A stretch of DNA of 64,000 nt. Origin: Squalus acanthias (lineage: Eukaryota). The notes under the pieces were generated by a model. The model ran no database searches, had not been told where the DNA came from, and saw nothing but the letters and a program-made list of their open reading frames with translations. Of this stretch, positions 23,273-36,478 are shown piece by piece. The position numbers and the translations under genes are program-made. The stretch's first letter is position 1, and every line of letters begins with the position of its first letter. The stretch spans positions 12,276,001 through 12,340,000 of the forward strand of contig CM059432.1 in the NCBI GenBank assembly GCA_030390025.1, read 5' to 3'.

Positions 23273-24035
23273 GGCCCTGAAATTCCGTTCCCTACGGGTG
23301 GGTACACGCTGTGTACTCACCCGTAGGGCCAACGGAAGTGCCGGTTTCGCGCATGCACTGCGCATTCACGGGAAACCGGAACTTCTGTTCTCTTGAAGGA
23401 AGGGGTTCACAGGTCAACAGCGTGCGCCGGAGAGGCAGCGCGTACGCATCGAACTTCCATTTTTTTCTCAGTTGATGCAGTGCGGGTAAGTCCCTAGCAG
23501 CTGCGCGTGGAAAAAGCAGGCGCAAGGCCTGCTTTTAACAAGGTAAGAGGTGAAGAAAGTAAAAGTAAAACATTTTTTCCACAGGTTTATCATTTTAAAA
23601 TACTTTAAAGAAAGGTAAGTTTATTTTTAGCCCCGTTAAAAACTTTAATTATTTTTTTCAAAAATTTAAAGTTTTGTTTAAAGTAGTTAATTAATGTAAT
23701 TTATAGTTATTTTAAAAATGTGATGTTTTAAAAAAAATTATTTGAAGTTTTACTTAGGTTTTGGGGCCGATCTCTATTCATAGATTTGACAGGTCTTCCT
23801 GTCAAATCTATGAATGGAGATTCCCTGCTCGGATTGGCTCCCCATGGCCCATGTGATCCCAGGGATGCTGCGAACTAGCTGAGCCCCTGGGATACGCGTG
23901 CCCTGCACACCGGCAGCTGGAGCAGGCACAGGAACGGAATTCTACGCGGGCCCAGAGCATAACGGTAGGCGCGCTTCTTAAGTGCAAGTCGGGGGCTTGC
24001 GCCCGCGGGAAGCCTCCGACCGGAATTTCTGGGCC
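23273..24035. mobile_element. MITE (PIF/Harbinger-like by 3-bp TSD)
   Basis: TIR ggccctgaaattccg / cggaatttctgggcc (14/15); TSD cat on both sides; host CR1 resumes. Confidence 0.8.
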
Positions 24036-24514
24036 CATAACTTTAAACACCTCTTTTCACCCCGTGATCTCCACCGTTGAAACAGTAACAGGAGCAATGA
24101 CGGTTTCCAAGTAGAAAGCACCCACTTTGGATTCGCTGACTAGTTGGGAGGTCCAGGGGGTGGTGGTGGGGGCGGGGGAACGACAGATACAGATGTTTGT
24201 GGTGCCACGACTCGCTCTAGGTACCACTGCATTGTGTTGGTTCCTTCTTGGATATTGGAAACGAGGATTGCATCGGACATCAATATCACCCCTGCCATCT
24301 GTCTTGGCTGTGCCTCCACGAGAGTGGGATGCTCATCAGGCATCCTCCTTTTTTTTTTTAGAGCAGGACCCTGCAGAGATCTGAGTCGACAAGCAGTGGC
24401 AGTTCTGGGGGGTTATGACACCCCCCCAACCCCCAAATCGTTTTGAGGTTGGTCAACATTGGGTTGGATGACCGCCTCCATTTCGCTCTCCTGTCTATCC
24501 CTAAGCGGCCTAGG

Positions 24515-26374
24515 AACCCTTATTTAAAAAGGGCAGTAGACAGAAGGCTGGAAACTATAGACCGGTTAGCCTAACATCTGTGGTAGGTAAAATTTTGGAG
24601 TCCATTATTAAGGAGACAGTAACGGGACATTTGGATAATCATAATTTAATAGGACAAAGTCAGCATGGTTTTATGAAGGGGAAGTCATGTTTGACAAATT
24701 TGCTGGAGTTCTTTGAGGATGTAACATACAGGGTGGATAAAGGGGAACCAGTGGATGTGGTGTATTTAGACTTCCAAAAGGCATTTCACAAGGTGCCACA
24801 CAAAAGATTATTGCTTAAGATAAAAAATCACGGGATTGGGGGCAATATTCTGGCATGGATAGAGGATTGGCTATCTAACAGAAGGCAGAGAGTTGGGATA
24901 AATGGTTCATTCTCAGACTGGCAATCAGTAACTAGTGGTGTTCCGCAGGGGTCAGTGCTGGGTCCCCAACTCTTTACAATCTATATTAACGATTTGGAGG
25001 AGTGGACTGAGTGTAACATATCAAAGTTTGCAGATGATACTAAGATAGGAGGGAAAGTAGTGAGTGAGGAGGACATAAAAAATCTGCAAGGGGACAGGCT
25101 AAGTAAGTGGGCAGAGATTTGGCAGATGGAATACAACACTGGAAAGTGTGAGGTTATGCACTTTGGCAGGAAAAATAGTAGAGCAAGTTATTATCTTAAT
25201 GGCAAGAAACTAGAAAGTACTGAAGTACAAAGGGATCTGGGGGTCCTGGTGCACGAAACTCAAAAGGTTAGTATGCAGGTGCAGCAAGTGATTAAGAAGG
25301 CCAATGGAATGTTGGCTTTCATTGCTAGGGGGATAGAATATAAAAATAGGGAGGTATTGCTTCAGTTGTACAGGGTATTGGTGAGACCGCACCTGGAATA
25401 CTGCTAAAAGTTTTGGTGTCCATACTTAAGAAAAGACATACTTGCTCTCGAGTCAGTACAAAGAAGGTTCACTCGGTTAATCCCGGGGATGAGGGGATGG
25501 ACATATGAGGAGAAGTTGGGTAGATTGGGACTATACTCATTGGAGTTCAGAAGAATGAGAGGCGATCTTATTGAAACATATAAGATTGTGAAGGGGTTGG
25601 ATCGGGTGGATGCGGGGAGGATGTTCCCGATGATAGGTGAAACTAGAACTAGGGGGCATAGTCTTAGAATAAGGGGCTGCTCTTTCAAAACTGAGATGAG
25701 AAGGAACTACTTCACTCAGAGGATGGTAGGTCCATGGAATATGCTGCCCCAAAAAGCTGTAGAAGCTACATCATTACATAAATTTAAAACAGAAATAGAC
25801 AGTTTCCTAGAAGTAAAGGGAATTAAGGGAATTGAGTACTGTATACAGTTTTGGTCTCCTTATTTAAGGAGGGATATACTTGCATTGGAGGCAGTTCAGA
25901 GACGATTCACACGGTTGATTCCTGAGATGAGGGGGTTGACTTATGAAGAAAGGTTGAGCAGGCTGGGCCTATACTCACTGGAATTTAGAAGAATGAGAGG
26001 TGATCTTATTGAAATATATAAGATACTGAGGGGGCTCGACAAGGTAGATGCAGAGAGGATGTTTCCCCTCGTGGGGAAATCTAGAACTCGGGGGCATAGT
26101 TTCAGAATAAAGGGTCGCCCTTTAGAACTGAGATGAGGAGGAATTTCTTCTCTCAGAGGGTCGTAAATCTGTGGAATTCTCTGCCCCAGAGAGCCGTGGA
26201 GGCTGGGTCATTAAATACATTTAAGGTGGAGATAGACAGATTTTTGCAAGATAAGGGAGTGAAGGGTAGGGAAGTGGCTTTGAGCCCAAGATCAGCCATG
26301 ATCTTATTGAATAGCGGAGCAGGCTCGAGGGGCCAAGTGGCCTATTCCTGCTCCTATTTCTTATGTTCTTATGT
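24515..26374 (+). mobile_element. CR1 reverse-transcriptase region (two joined 3' fragments, junction ~25831)
   Basis: QHGFMKGKSCLTNLL..GVPQGSVLGP..FADDTK; frameshift at ~25404; the C-terminal region occurs twice. Confidence 0.95.
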
Positions 26375-26535
26375 TCCCCAACTGTTAGATCCCACTTGCA
26401 TCTCTGACTCCTCTGGCACCATGAGGGTAACGAATGAATGAAGGAATGCCACACATATGAAGAGGTCCGGTGGGGGGCGGGAGGAAAGAGCAGATAAGTT
26501 AACACGGCTGCTCTGGTGAGATCATTAAACTGCTT

Positions 26536-26712
26536 TACATAGAATTTACAGCACAGAAACGCTTGCCCCACCATGCCAGTGTTTATGCTCCATACGAGCC
26601 TCCTCCCACCTTACTTTATCTCACCCTTTATCAGCCTAACCTTCAATTCCTTTCTCCCTCATGTACTTATCTAGCTGCCCCTTAACTGCATCAAACTACC
26701 TCTTAAATGCAT
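26536..26712 (-). mobile_element. CR1 3' UTR fragment
   Basis: acatagaatttacagcacagaaac.. reverse CR1 tail. Confidence 0.7.
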
Positions 26713-26724
26713 CTTTCTTTAAGT

Positions 26725-27070
26725 ACTCCAGTGCAGTGCTGAGGGAGTGCTGCACTGTCGGGGATGCCGTCTTTCGGATGAGACGTTAAACCGAGGCCCC
26801 GTCTGCTCTCTCAGGTAGATGTAAAAGATCCCATGGCCACTATTTCAAAGAAGAGCAGGGGAGTTATCCCCGGTGTCCTGGCCAATATTTATTCCTCAAT
26901 CAACATCACTAAAACAAATTATCTGGTCATTATCACGTCGTTATTTGTGGGAGCTTGCTGTGTGCAAATTGGCTGCTGCGTTTCCCACATTACAACAGTG
27001 ACTCCACTTCAAATGAACTTTGGAACGTCCTGAGGTCCTGAAACACGCTATACAAATGCAAGTCTTTCTT
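26725..27070 (+). mobile_element. SacSINE1-type Deu-domain SINE (5'-truncated)
   Basis: gtctttcggatgagacgttaaaccgaggcccc..gctatacaaatgcaagtc. Confidence 0.85.
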
Positions 27071-27534
27071 TATGCATTGGAAATTAGTCTTGGAGTTCGA
27101 GTAAGTGGCACTCACTGTCATGACTATCCCCTCGCCGCCCCCCCCCCCCCCCCCGGGCATAAAGTGCGTACCACATTCTTTTCTTGGCAGGTCTCCAGCC
27201 CCCTACCCCAAACAGACCGTCCCCTATAGCTCTGTATCTCCGCTATAAGGGCAAGCGGGTCCTGCTCGCTCAAGTTTACTGCTTGTTTATTCGATCTGGC
27301 TGCCAACCTTGCTGCCCAAGTTGCCTGCTTCCTCCAGTGGTGCCACCGCCTCTGAAGCAGCAGACTTTATAATCTGCTGCTGTACACCAGGCTGCTCCTC
27401 CAGTTATGACCCGACCCCAGGCGCCCACCCCCACCAGATTATATTCCAGGCCCTCCCCTCTTTTCAACAACCATGGCCCATTTGTGGCCTAAATCTTCCC
27501 TCTTGACCAGTCTCCCCCAGCAGCTGCATTACAC

Positions 27535-28178
27535 ACATAGAAAAATCGGAACAGGAGTAGGCCCTTCGAGCCTGCTCCGCCATTCAATATGATCATGTCT
27601 GATCCTCTATCTCAATACCATATTCCCGCTCTCTCCCCATACCCCTTGACGCCTTTTGTGTCTAGAAATCTATCTATCTCCTTCTTAAATATATTCAGTG
27701 ACTTGGCCTCCACAGCCTTCTGTGGTAGAGAATCCCACAGGTTCACCACCCTCTGAGTGAAGAAATTTCTCCTCATCTCAGTCCTAAATGTCCTACCCCG
27801 TATCCTGAGACTGTGACCCCTCATTCTAGACCACCCCCCCCCCCCGCCAGCCAGGGGAAACACCTCCCTGCATCCAGTCTGTCTAGCCCTGTCAGAATTT
27901 TATACGTTTCAATGAGATCCCCTCCCATTCTTCTAAGCTCTAGTGAATGCAGGCCTAGTCGACCCAATCTCTCCTCATATGACAGTCCTGCCATCCCAGG
28001 AATCGGTCTGGTGAACCTTCGCAGCACTCCCTCTGTGACAAATATATCCTTTCTTAGGTAAGGAGACCAAAACTGCACACAGTACTCCAGGTGTGGTCTC
28101 ACCAAGGCCCTGTACAACTGTAGTAAGACATCCTTGCTCCTGTACTCAAATCCTCTTGCAATGAAGGCCAACATAGCA
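27535..28178 (-). mobile_element. CR1 3' fragment
   Basis: MLAFIARGFEYRSKDVLLQLYRALVRPHLEYCVQFWSP. Confidence 0.9.
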
Positions 28179-28602
28179 TTTGACTTCCTAACTGCATGTT
28201 TGCATTTTTAAATTTGCTGACCGCACAATTTACAGCGCCCCACTCGGCCTCAGTTCTGACAGTGTAACAGCGGCTGAAATTTCGGCCCCTGTTATTACTA
28301 CTTGTTCTCGAAACTCTATATATGCGTCTTCCCAGCACTATGTTTCAATGCACTCGCATCTCCTCTAGATGGCATGTAACTGCACCTGATCGTTCTGTGC
28401 AGAAGAACTCTAGCTGTTCCTGAACGTTAAACGTAGCACTTCAACTGGCTGATCTCAGCTCTTTGGTCAAAGGTTAATGTGAAACATTCTTCCCTGTGCT
28501 TCAGTGACAGAATTGGAGCAAAATTAATCCTCGATATTAGGAGAATTCTTTCGCGTCGCCATCATCCGGTAAACACGCTGTTTTAGTTCAGGGAGACACA
28601 TA

Positions 28603-29057
28603 CAACAGTATCTTACATTTACACAGCACCTTTAACGGAATAAAATGTCCCAAGGCGCTTCACAGGAGCGTTATCCAAAAAAAAAAGCCGATATCGAGCC
28701 ACAGAAGGAGATATTAGCACAGATATCAGTTAAAGAGGTAGGTTTTAAGGAGCCCCTTAAGGGAGCAGAGAGAGGCGGAGAGGTTTAGGGAGGGAATTCC
28801 ACGGCTTCGGGCCCAGGCAGCTGAAGGCACGGCCACCAATGGTGGAGCGATTAAAATCGGGGAAGCGCAAAAGGCCGGAATTAGAGGAGCGCAGAGATTG
28901 CGGGGGGGGGTTGTCGGGCTGGAGAAGGTTACAGAGATAGGGAGGGGCAAGATTTGAAAACAAGGATGAGAATTTTAAAATCGAGGCGTTACCGGATTGG
29001 GGGCCAATGTAGGTCAGCGAGCACAGGGTTGCTGGGAGAACGGGACTTGGTGCACGC
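28603..29057 (-). mobile_element. L2 3' fragment
   Basis: GGRAFSCLGPKPWNSLPKPL. Confidence 0.85.
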
Positions 29058-29917
29058 AATTGACAGCAACTCCGATTCAGTCAGCAAATGTCGGTACTGA
29101 TGCAATGAGAAACGACATCCTTCTCATTCCGAGATGCCAATTTAGACTCCGCATTGGATGGAGCAGATAGTCATACTTGGCTGGTATGGGCTTGTTATGA
29201 CGATTGATGGCTTCGGACCAGCATCCTGGTACGATAAGGCAAGTCAATTTGTCTCGTTCAATGGAGTTGAGTTTGACATTGGCCGAGCCCAGTGCAACTG
29301 TCAGTCAACGAGAAATACTTGATTTATGAAGTTGAGGCTAGCGAGAGAAATTCCTAATCAGTTAAATCATTGAAGCAGAATTAGTGGTATCATGGGTGGG
29401 GGTGGCGGTGTGGGGTGGAGATGCTTTGCATTGAAGGGGGATTCCCATTCAGTATACCTGCACTTTACACTAATAGCTGCCTTCCGCACTGTTATCATAA
29501 CTAACTGGGACTGTAACTAACCGGGTTAAAAGAGCATCTTCACCGGCACTAACTACCAGCAGCGAGCAGTTACCCTTGAACATGGCCCAGAGCCACTGTA
29601 GATAATCAGCTCTTGCACTCCCATCATTTCAGCAGAACTGAGCTATTGTGAATGGGTTTAAAGAAATAAAAGCCAGCTGTCTTGACATAAACGGCCCAGT
29701 CTTTAAAGAGGAATCACCACCACCCCCCCGCACATTTTGTAATTCAGACTCAGTACTTATTGATGCTTCTTAATGATTATTTTTATTTATGTTTTCCTTT
29801 GTTATCTTGTTTACTAGAGTATAAAGCCTAATCAGTGACATGGTATTTTCATAACATTACTACTCTTTATTAAAGATAAAGAGTCAAATGTATTAAAATA
29901 GCAGAGTGATATGTTTT

Positions 29918-30164
29918 ACAGACAGTGATACATACAGGGCCGATGTAGCACAGCCTGGACTCCAATCGTCTTGGATCCCCTCGCCATTGGACCAAGACCT
30001 TGCTCTGTCAAGCCCGTGTGGTAGCTGGTGTGCAACGGCCACCCCACGTTAAAAGAATTCACGCACAGGCATCTTCCGCCCTTTAAAATGAAGTTCGGGA
30101 CCTGGCTCATATTTAGTGTGGAAGCAAGTCATCCTCGGCTCCGAGGGACTTCCTAAGAAGAAGC
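29918..30164 (+). mobile_element. Non-autonomous RTE-related element (SINE-like, RTE 3' tail)
   Basis: 30106-30164 matches the RTE tail at 19527-19582 and ends in (aag)n; the upstream part is non-coding and its 5' boundary is uncertain. Confidence 0.65.
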
Positions 30165-30584
30165 AGCAGCATCCCAGTAAGGGAGTAATTATGGAATAAC
30201 ATAAAACCAGTTACTGGGGTTGGAAAATTTTCATGTTAAACCACTGGTGATTTTGGCAAACAGAAATTTCCACCAATTAATCCTCGAGTGATTCAGACAA
30301 CGCTGAAACTCCCCAAGTTCCACCTGCCAGCATTATCAAACTATATTTGGAACAGCTTCCACAAATATTTCCAGCCACATGTTTTTTTAAATTGACTTCC
30401 AAATATCATAGGGTCTGCTTTATTGCTTGTAATACTGTAGGGAGGCTTTGGCACAATGTCACATCATCGGGGAGGAAGTCGCAATCCCAGTGCTGGATTT
30501 CCAGTGAGAAGATCAAAGCTTGACTCGGTGTTACAGACCCCGCTTTAAAACAAGGGGCAGGGCCGGCAGAGAGTTGTTACAATG

Positions 30585-30833
30585 CAACAACTTGTATTTA
30601 TAGGGCGCTTCACAGGAGCGTCATGAAACAAAATTTGACACCGAGCCCTATAAGGAGATATGAGGACAGGTGGCCGAAAGCTTGGAGTGTTGTCGGGCTG
30701 GAGGAGGTTACAGAGATAGGGAGGAGGCGAGGCCCTGGAGGGATTTCAAAACAAGGACGAGAATTTTAAAATCGAGGCGTTGCCGGACCGGGAGCCAGTG
30801 TAGATCAGCGAGCGCAGGGGGGCGATAGGTGAA
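30585..30833 (-). mobile_element. L2 3' fragment (internally deleted)
   Basis: aaatttgacaccgagcc..gaattttaaaatcgaggcgt. Confidence 0.8.
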
Positions 30834-31004
30834 TACCGTCTAGCTCATGGACACCATTCTCCCAGAATCGGAATTAAATGAGTGTCAACATTAAAAAAAA
30901 AAGTGGCTTTGTATGGCTCTCCTGGCACCAATCTGGAAGGGCAGAATCTATCGTTGAACTGCTAGGTGTTTTTCCACAGTGCAAGTGGGCAGAGTATGAA
31001 AGTT

Positions 31005-31545
31005 AGAATCATAGAAAGTTACAGCACGGAAGGAGGCCATTTTGGCCCATCGTGTCCACGCCGGCCAACAAAGAGCTATCCAGCCTAATCCCACTTCCCA
31101 GCTCTTGGTCCGTAGCCCTGCAGGTTACAGCATCCCAAGTGCACATCCAAGTACTTTTTAAATGTGGTTAGGGTTCCTGCCTCTACCACCCTTTCAGGCA
31201 GTGAGTTCCAGACCCCCACAACCCTCTGGGTGAAGAAATTTCCCCTCAAATCCCCTCTAAACCTTCCCCCAATTACTTTAAATCTGTGCCCCCTGGTTTT
31301 TGACCCCTCTGCTAAGGGAAATAGGTCCTTCCTATCTACTTTATCTATGCCCCTCATAATTTTATACACCTCAATAAGGTTCTCCCCTCAGCCTCCTCTG
31401 TTCCAAGGAAAACAAACCCAGCCTATCCAGTCTTTCCTCATAGCTAAGATTCTCTACTCCCGGCAACATCCTTGTAAATCTCCTCTGTACCCTCTCTAGT
31501 GCAATCACATCTTTCCTGTAATGTGGTGACCAGAACTGCACGCAG
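31005..31545 (-). mobile_element. CR1 3' fragment
   Basis: [37 protein letters not shown]. Confidence 0.9.
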
Positions 31546-31870
31546 CACGCAGTTTCATACACTTTACTGAAATCCCAACAAGAACACGGTGCCTCACGTT
31601 AAAATAAAAATACACGTGACCAGGACATGTTAAATACAATAAATTCCAGTGAACCATGTTGTCAGTCACAAGTTATTGTGTGTTAAGCAGCCAGTGATGA
31701 CTGGGTGAGGAGCTTTAGGAACGAGCTTAAAAAAGACAAATAATAGGAGGACTGGTGACCAGAACGGTGGCTAAATCCAGCCCTGACGTATTATCATCAG
31801 ATCTCCATAATTCCAAACAAGTGGTGAGGTGTCCCGGGGCGAGCAGGATCAAACAGCATCTAACAGGATC

Positions 31871-32378
31871 AACAACAACAACTTGCATTTATATAGCGCC
31901 TTTAACGTAGTAAAACGTCCCAAGGTGCTCCACCGGGGCGTGATCAAACAAAATTTGACACCGAGCCACATAAGGAGATATTAGGGCAGATGTTTGCTCA
32001 AGGAGGTAGGTTTTAAGGAGTGTCTTAAAGGAGGAGAGAGAGGTAGAGAGGTTTAGGGAGGGAATTCCAGAGCTTGGGGCCTTGGCAGCTGAAGGCACGG
32101 CCGACAATGTTGGTGCGATTAAAATCGGGGACGTGCAAGAGGCTAGAATTAGAGGAGTGCAGAGATCTGGGAGTGTTGTGGGGCTAGAGGAGATTACAGA
32201 GATAGGGAGGGGCGAGGACCTGGAGGGATTTGAAATCAAGGATGAGAATTTGAAAATTGAGGCCTTGCTTAACCGGGAGCCAGTGTAGGTCAGCGAGCAC
32301 AGGGGGAGTGATGGGTGAACGGGACCTGGCGCGAGTTAGGACACGGGCAGCCGAGCTTTGGATGAACGTAAGTTTATG
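31871..32378 (-). mobile_element. L2 3' fragment
   Basis: IQSSAARVLTR..LADLHWLPV. Confidence 0.85.
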
Positions 32379-32989
32379 GATCAAACCTCCACACAGACCC
32401 CGCCCCCCCCCCGCACGGCCCAATACTGAGAGCCTGGAATTTTCTCTCAAACTGACACGCAGTTCAGAGTAACATTACACCACTGACAGAAGAAAGTGAC
32501 AACGGAACGAAAACCAACGTTTATACCGTCTGGGAGCTTTACTTGCAATTCACTGCAAACAGCAACCTCCTTCAAATAAACTCCCCCCCCCCCCCCACCA
32601 CCCGAGAGATTTATTTTTGTGAATATTGCGTTCATCAAGCGCAAGGCAGCGACTGTCAGTGTCGAGCATTCCCCTGTCAGGCACTACTTAGATGCAGAGT
32701 AAATTTCCATCTGCTGTGGCCCAAACAATGCGTCTCAGAAGAGCACCTGCTGTACCAACGTGATTTTTTTTTTTCCACTTGCCACAACATCCAATCTGAG
32801 TGAGGTTGCTTGCCAGTTTCGCACCAAAGAGTGCTGAATTAGAAGAGCAATTTTGTACTGTGGATCTATGCACACAAAAGAACCGAATTCAGACTGCGAA
32901 AAAACAGGCCCTTTGCAGCCAACGGACACAGGAGACTTTTCAGCTCATCAGGTTGGGCAGGATTTGGCCGCAGGGTTGAAAGAAAAGAA

Positions 32990-33446
32990 GACAGACAGAC
33001 TTGCATTTATACAGCGCCACTCACGACCACCGGACCTCCCAAAGTGCTTTACAGCCAATGAAGTACTTGTTTGAAGTGTTGTAATGTTGGAAATGCGGCA
33101 GCCAATTTGCGCACAGCAAGCTCCCACAAACAGCAATGTGATAATGAGCAGATAATCTGTTTTTTAGTGATGCTGATTGAGGGATAAATATCAGCCAGGA
33201 CACCGGGGATAACTCCCCTGCTCTTCTTCGAAATAGTGCCGCGGGATCTTTTACGTCCACCTGGGAGAGCAGACGGGGCCTCGGTTTAACGTCTCATCCG
33301 AAAGACGGCACCTCCGACAGTGCAGCACTCCCTCAGCACTGCTCTGGAGTGTCAGCCTAGATTTTTGTGCTCAAGTCTCTGGAGTGGGACTGTGAACCCA
33401 CAACCTTCTGACTCAGAGGCGAGAGTGCTGCCCACTGAGCCACAGC
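32990..33446 (-). mobile_element. SacSINE1-type Deu-SINE, full length
   Basis: tRNA head tggctcagtgg/gggttcacagtccc, Deu core, L2-like tail. Confidence 0.9.
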
Positions 33447-33669
33447 GAACAAGCCAAAAGGTGAAAGGTCAGTGTCTAGCTCCCACAAGAGGTGGATCAA
33501 GTGTTCCATTTGTTCTCATACAGAAGCTGACTCTGTGCATGTACAAGGAGCGTTAACTGACTCACTGGAGCAGGACTATCAAAAACAGCAACCAATGAGC
33601 AGATCAGGGTAGCTGTCTGCTTCACATGCTGAAACTGACTTGCACCATGAAGGTAGATGGCAAAGAACT

Positions 33670-34052
33670 GCCCCCGCCAACCCCGCCCAGCTCCACCCCG
33701 CCCAGCCCCCGCCCAGCTCCACCCCGCCCAGCGCCACCCAGCCCCACCCCACCCAGCTCAGCCCCACCCACCCCCACCCCGCCCCACCCCCACCCAGCCC
33801 AGCCCCACCCCCACCCAGCCCAGCTCCACCCCCACACAGCCCAGCCCACGCCCACCCCTGCCCAGCCCCACCCAGCCCAGCCCCCACCCAGCTCAGCCCC
33901 ACCCCCACAGCCCAGCCCACCCCTGCCCAGCCCCACCCCCACACAGCCCAGCCCAGCCCCCACACAGCCCAGCCCCACCCAGCCCCCCGCCCCGCCCAGC
34001 CCAGCCCCACCCCCACACAGCCCAGCCCAGCCCACCCCCGCCCCGCCCCGCC
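33670..34052. repeat. C-rich low-complexity pentamer tract (CCCAG/CCCCA/CCCGC)
   Basis: Seen directly; G-run rich on the minus strand. Confidence 0.95.
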
Positions 34053-35002
34053 CGGGGTGCAATAAGGACTGGGCGATCATCAGAAAAATGGTAGGAAAGG
34101 CAAAGAAATATAATGGGATGATAAGCTCATATTCCTGTAAAATCCCAAGCCAGCAGCAGCCAGTTTTAACACGGCCGTTTGTGTAAAATCCCGAACCAGC
34201 AGCCAGTTTTAACACACTATTCCTGCCTGCCAGGACTTGCCATTTCATGAGCGCGAGCGCTCGGTCCAGGCACAAGGATATGCTCTGGAACACATGGCCG
34301 AGCGCCAGGCCATTAAAGCAAACAATTCTATATACAGAAATTCCGCAGTGATTTATGGTGCCCCAGATATGTGCCCGGCCACTTTGTTCTGGTTTACTTA
34401 TAGCAGGGCTTTAAAATTACAGGACTCTGTGTTATTTAAGATGGATAACTAGGTCATTGTGGAGCAGAGTCCGAAGCATTCCTTTAATAATTTTGGACTT
34501 GGGAAGAGGTAAAACTCTGCACCGTCTTCCAGTGTAATAGGGAGGGGGGGGGGGCGGGGCGGGGGGGAACCCGATGATGAAAGCGATGGCGCATGCTTTC
34601 TGAACCAAACAAAAAATAATCTTTTTTAAAATTCAAACGTGATTAAATATTTTTTAGACTTTTTACAGTTAATAATTTGCATTTGAATCTTGCAGTTGAT
34701 GTTAAGTTATCCTAGTACAGTGGAAATGTGTAGCATTCCTCTCTCTGCTAAACACACAATTTGGTCTCCCATCACCAGTTGGTTTATCCCCCCCTGCGGC
34801 ATGCTCCCTACAGCAATGCACAGACTGCTGTAGTACACCATTCGAAATGATTACCTCCCTACTCCATGAACTATTCCAGGTCGAATTCAACTGCAAAATG
34901 AAAATATCCTCTCACAGAGGACATGGCAAGAAAACTCGAAACACAGGCGCGGAGATTCAGAATATCGCACGCCGTGTAATCTCAGAGTCTACGCTGTCGT
35001 CA

Positions 35003-35352
35003 TGCAGCACTGAGGGAGAGTGCTGCACTGTCGGAGGTGCCCGTCTTTCGGAAGAAACGTTAAACCGAGGTCCCCGTCTGCGCTCTCGGGTGAACGTAAA
35101 AGATCCCACCGCACTATTTCGAAGAAGAAGAGTTATCCTCGGTGTCCTGGGGCCAATATTTATCCCTCAACCAACATCACTAAAAAAACAGATTATCTGG
35201 TCATTATCACATTGCTGTTTGTGGGAGCTTGCTGCGCGCAAATTGGCTGCCGCGCTTCCTGCATTACAATAGTGACAAATACTTCATTGGCTGTGAAGCG
35301 CTTTGGGACATGCAGTGGTCGTGAAAGGCGCTATAGAAATGCAAGTCTTCTC
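35003..35352 (+). mobile_element. SacSINE1-type SINE (5'-truncated)
   Basis: Deu core and tail. Confidence 0.85.
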
Positions 35353-36478
35353 TCTGTAGGTGTTTTGGGTAAACCCAGCACAGTTTACCAAAAGGGAGCG
35401 TTCACGTTTGAACAAAAAGTCTTATCTGCAAATCAAGTTTGCAACAACGAAGGCAGCTAGCTACTTGGTGAGATCAACTGGGTGAGACTGGGCTGGATAC
35501 ACTGACCGGGCGGGGCAAGAGTCAGCTTATTAGCGTTTATGACCAGTACCTGCTTCAGAACTCGAGAGCGTGAAGTTTCCGTTAGGAGGGGGCGGGGGTC
35601 AAAAAGTGCTACTTCAAAATAATATTTAAATGAACTTCCCTTCAATACTTCTACTGCATCACTAAGATCATTAGCATTAATAATGACTTGAAAACAAGTC
35701 TCAGATTTCGGCGCCTATCTGCGATATCCGATCAAAAAATAAAAACAAACAGTCCGCTATTTTTTTTTACCACAGCAGCAAACGCGAATTCACAGCTCGG
35801 CCACACCACAACAGTTGAGAAAAAACATTTTCTAATCAGTGAACTCGTTTTTTCTTTTCGCTCCTCTCCTGAAGGTGCTAACTTATGCCTTCATTTAGGG
35901 TCTAGCAGATGACGTGTCCTTGAAATAAAAAGTTAATGCTTCTGTGCAAGTGTACGGCCTCCCTCACCCACACCCCGCCCCCCCCATTGTTTTCCCAATT
36001 GCAATCGGGTCACTCCTGAATCGAAGCCAAAAAAACGGAAAGTAGCTGTGACGGTGATGGAACCGGTAACGCTAGAGAGTGGAGCAGTTGCATGTTTGGC
36101 CAGGCCTGCGGAATCACCTGAATCCAATTGAGACCATCTCCGGTATAACAACAGCTAGGCAAAGTGAAGTAGAGAATGCCCCCCCCCCCAGCAGTCCCCC
36201 CATGGAACTTTAAAGAATGAAGTGTAAAATCTGTTCGAAATTAGCAGGCAGCGTCGGAGAGGTCAGCTCTGTACTAACATGAATGTATAACTGGCTTTTG
36301 GATGCTTTAGTGAGTGGAGTTTTGTGCATGCATCTCAACTGAATGCATTTTATGGGAAAGGCACTTTATGCTCGAGAATTTCTTCTCTGTTGGTGGAGAG
36401 TGATATGGGGGTAAACAGTGTAACTTCGGTCTGCTCCGTATTGCTCCTAGCGGGTGCAGGTTTCAGTACCTATGTTGC

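Noticed and set aside
24580..26136. Intact reverse transcriptase gene
   Set aside because: 5'-truncated, frameshifted CR1 fragments; not an autonomous element or host gene
33579..34293. Long Pro-rich and Gly/Trp-rich ORFs (141-223 aa)
   Set aside because: Artefacts of the stop-free C-rich low-complexity tract, open in most frames
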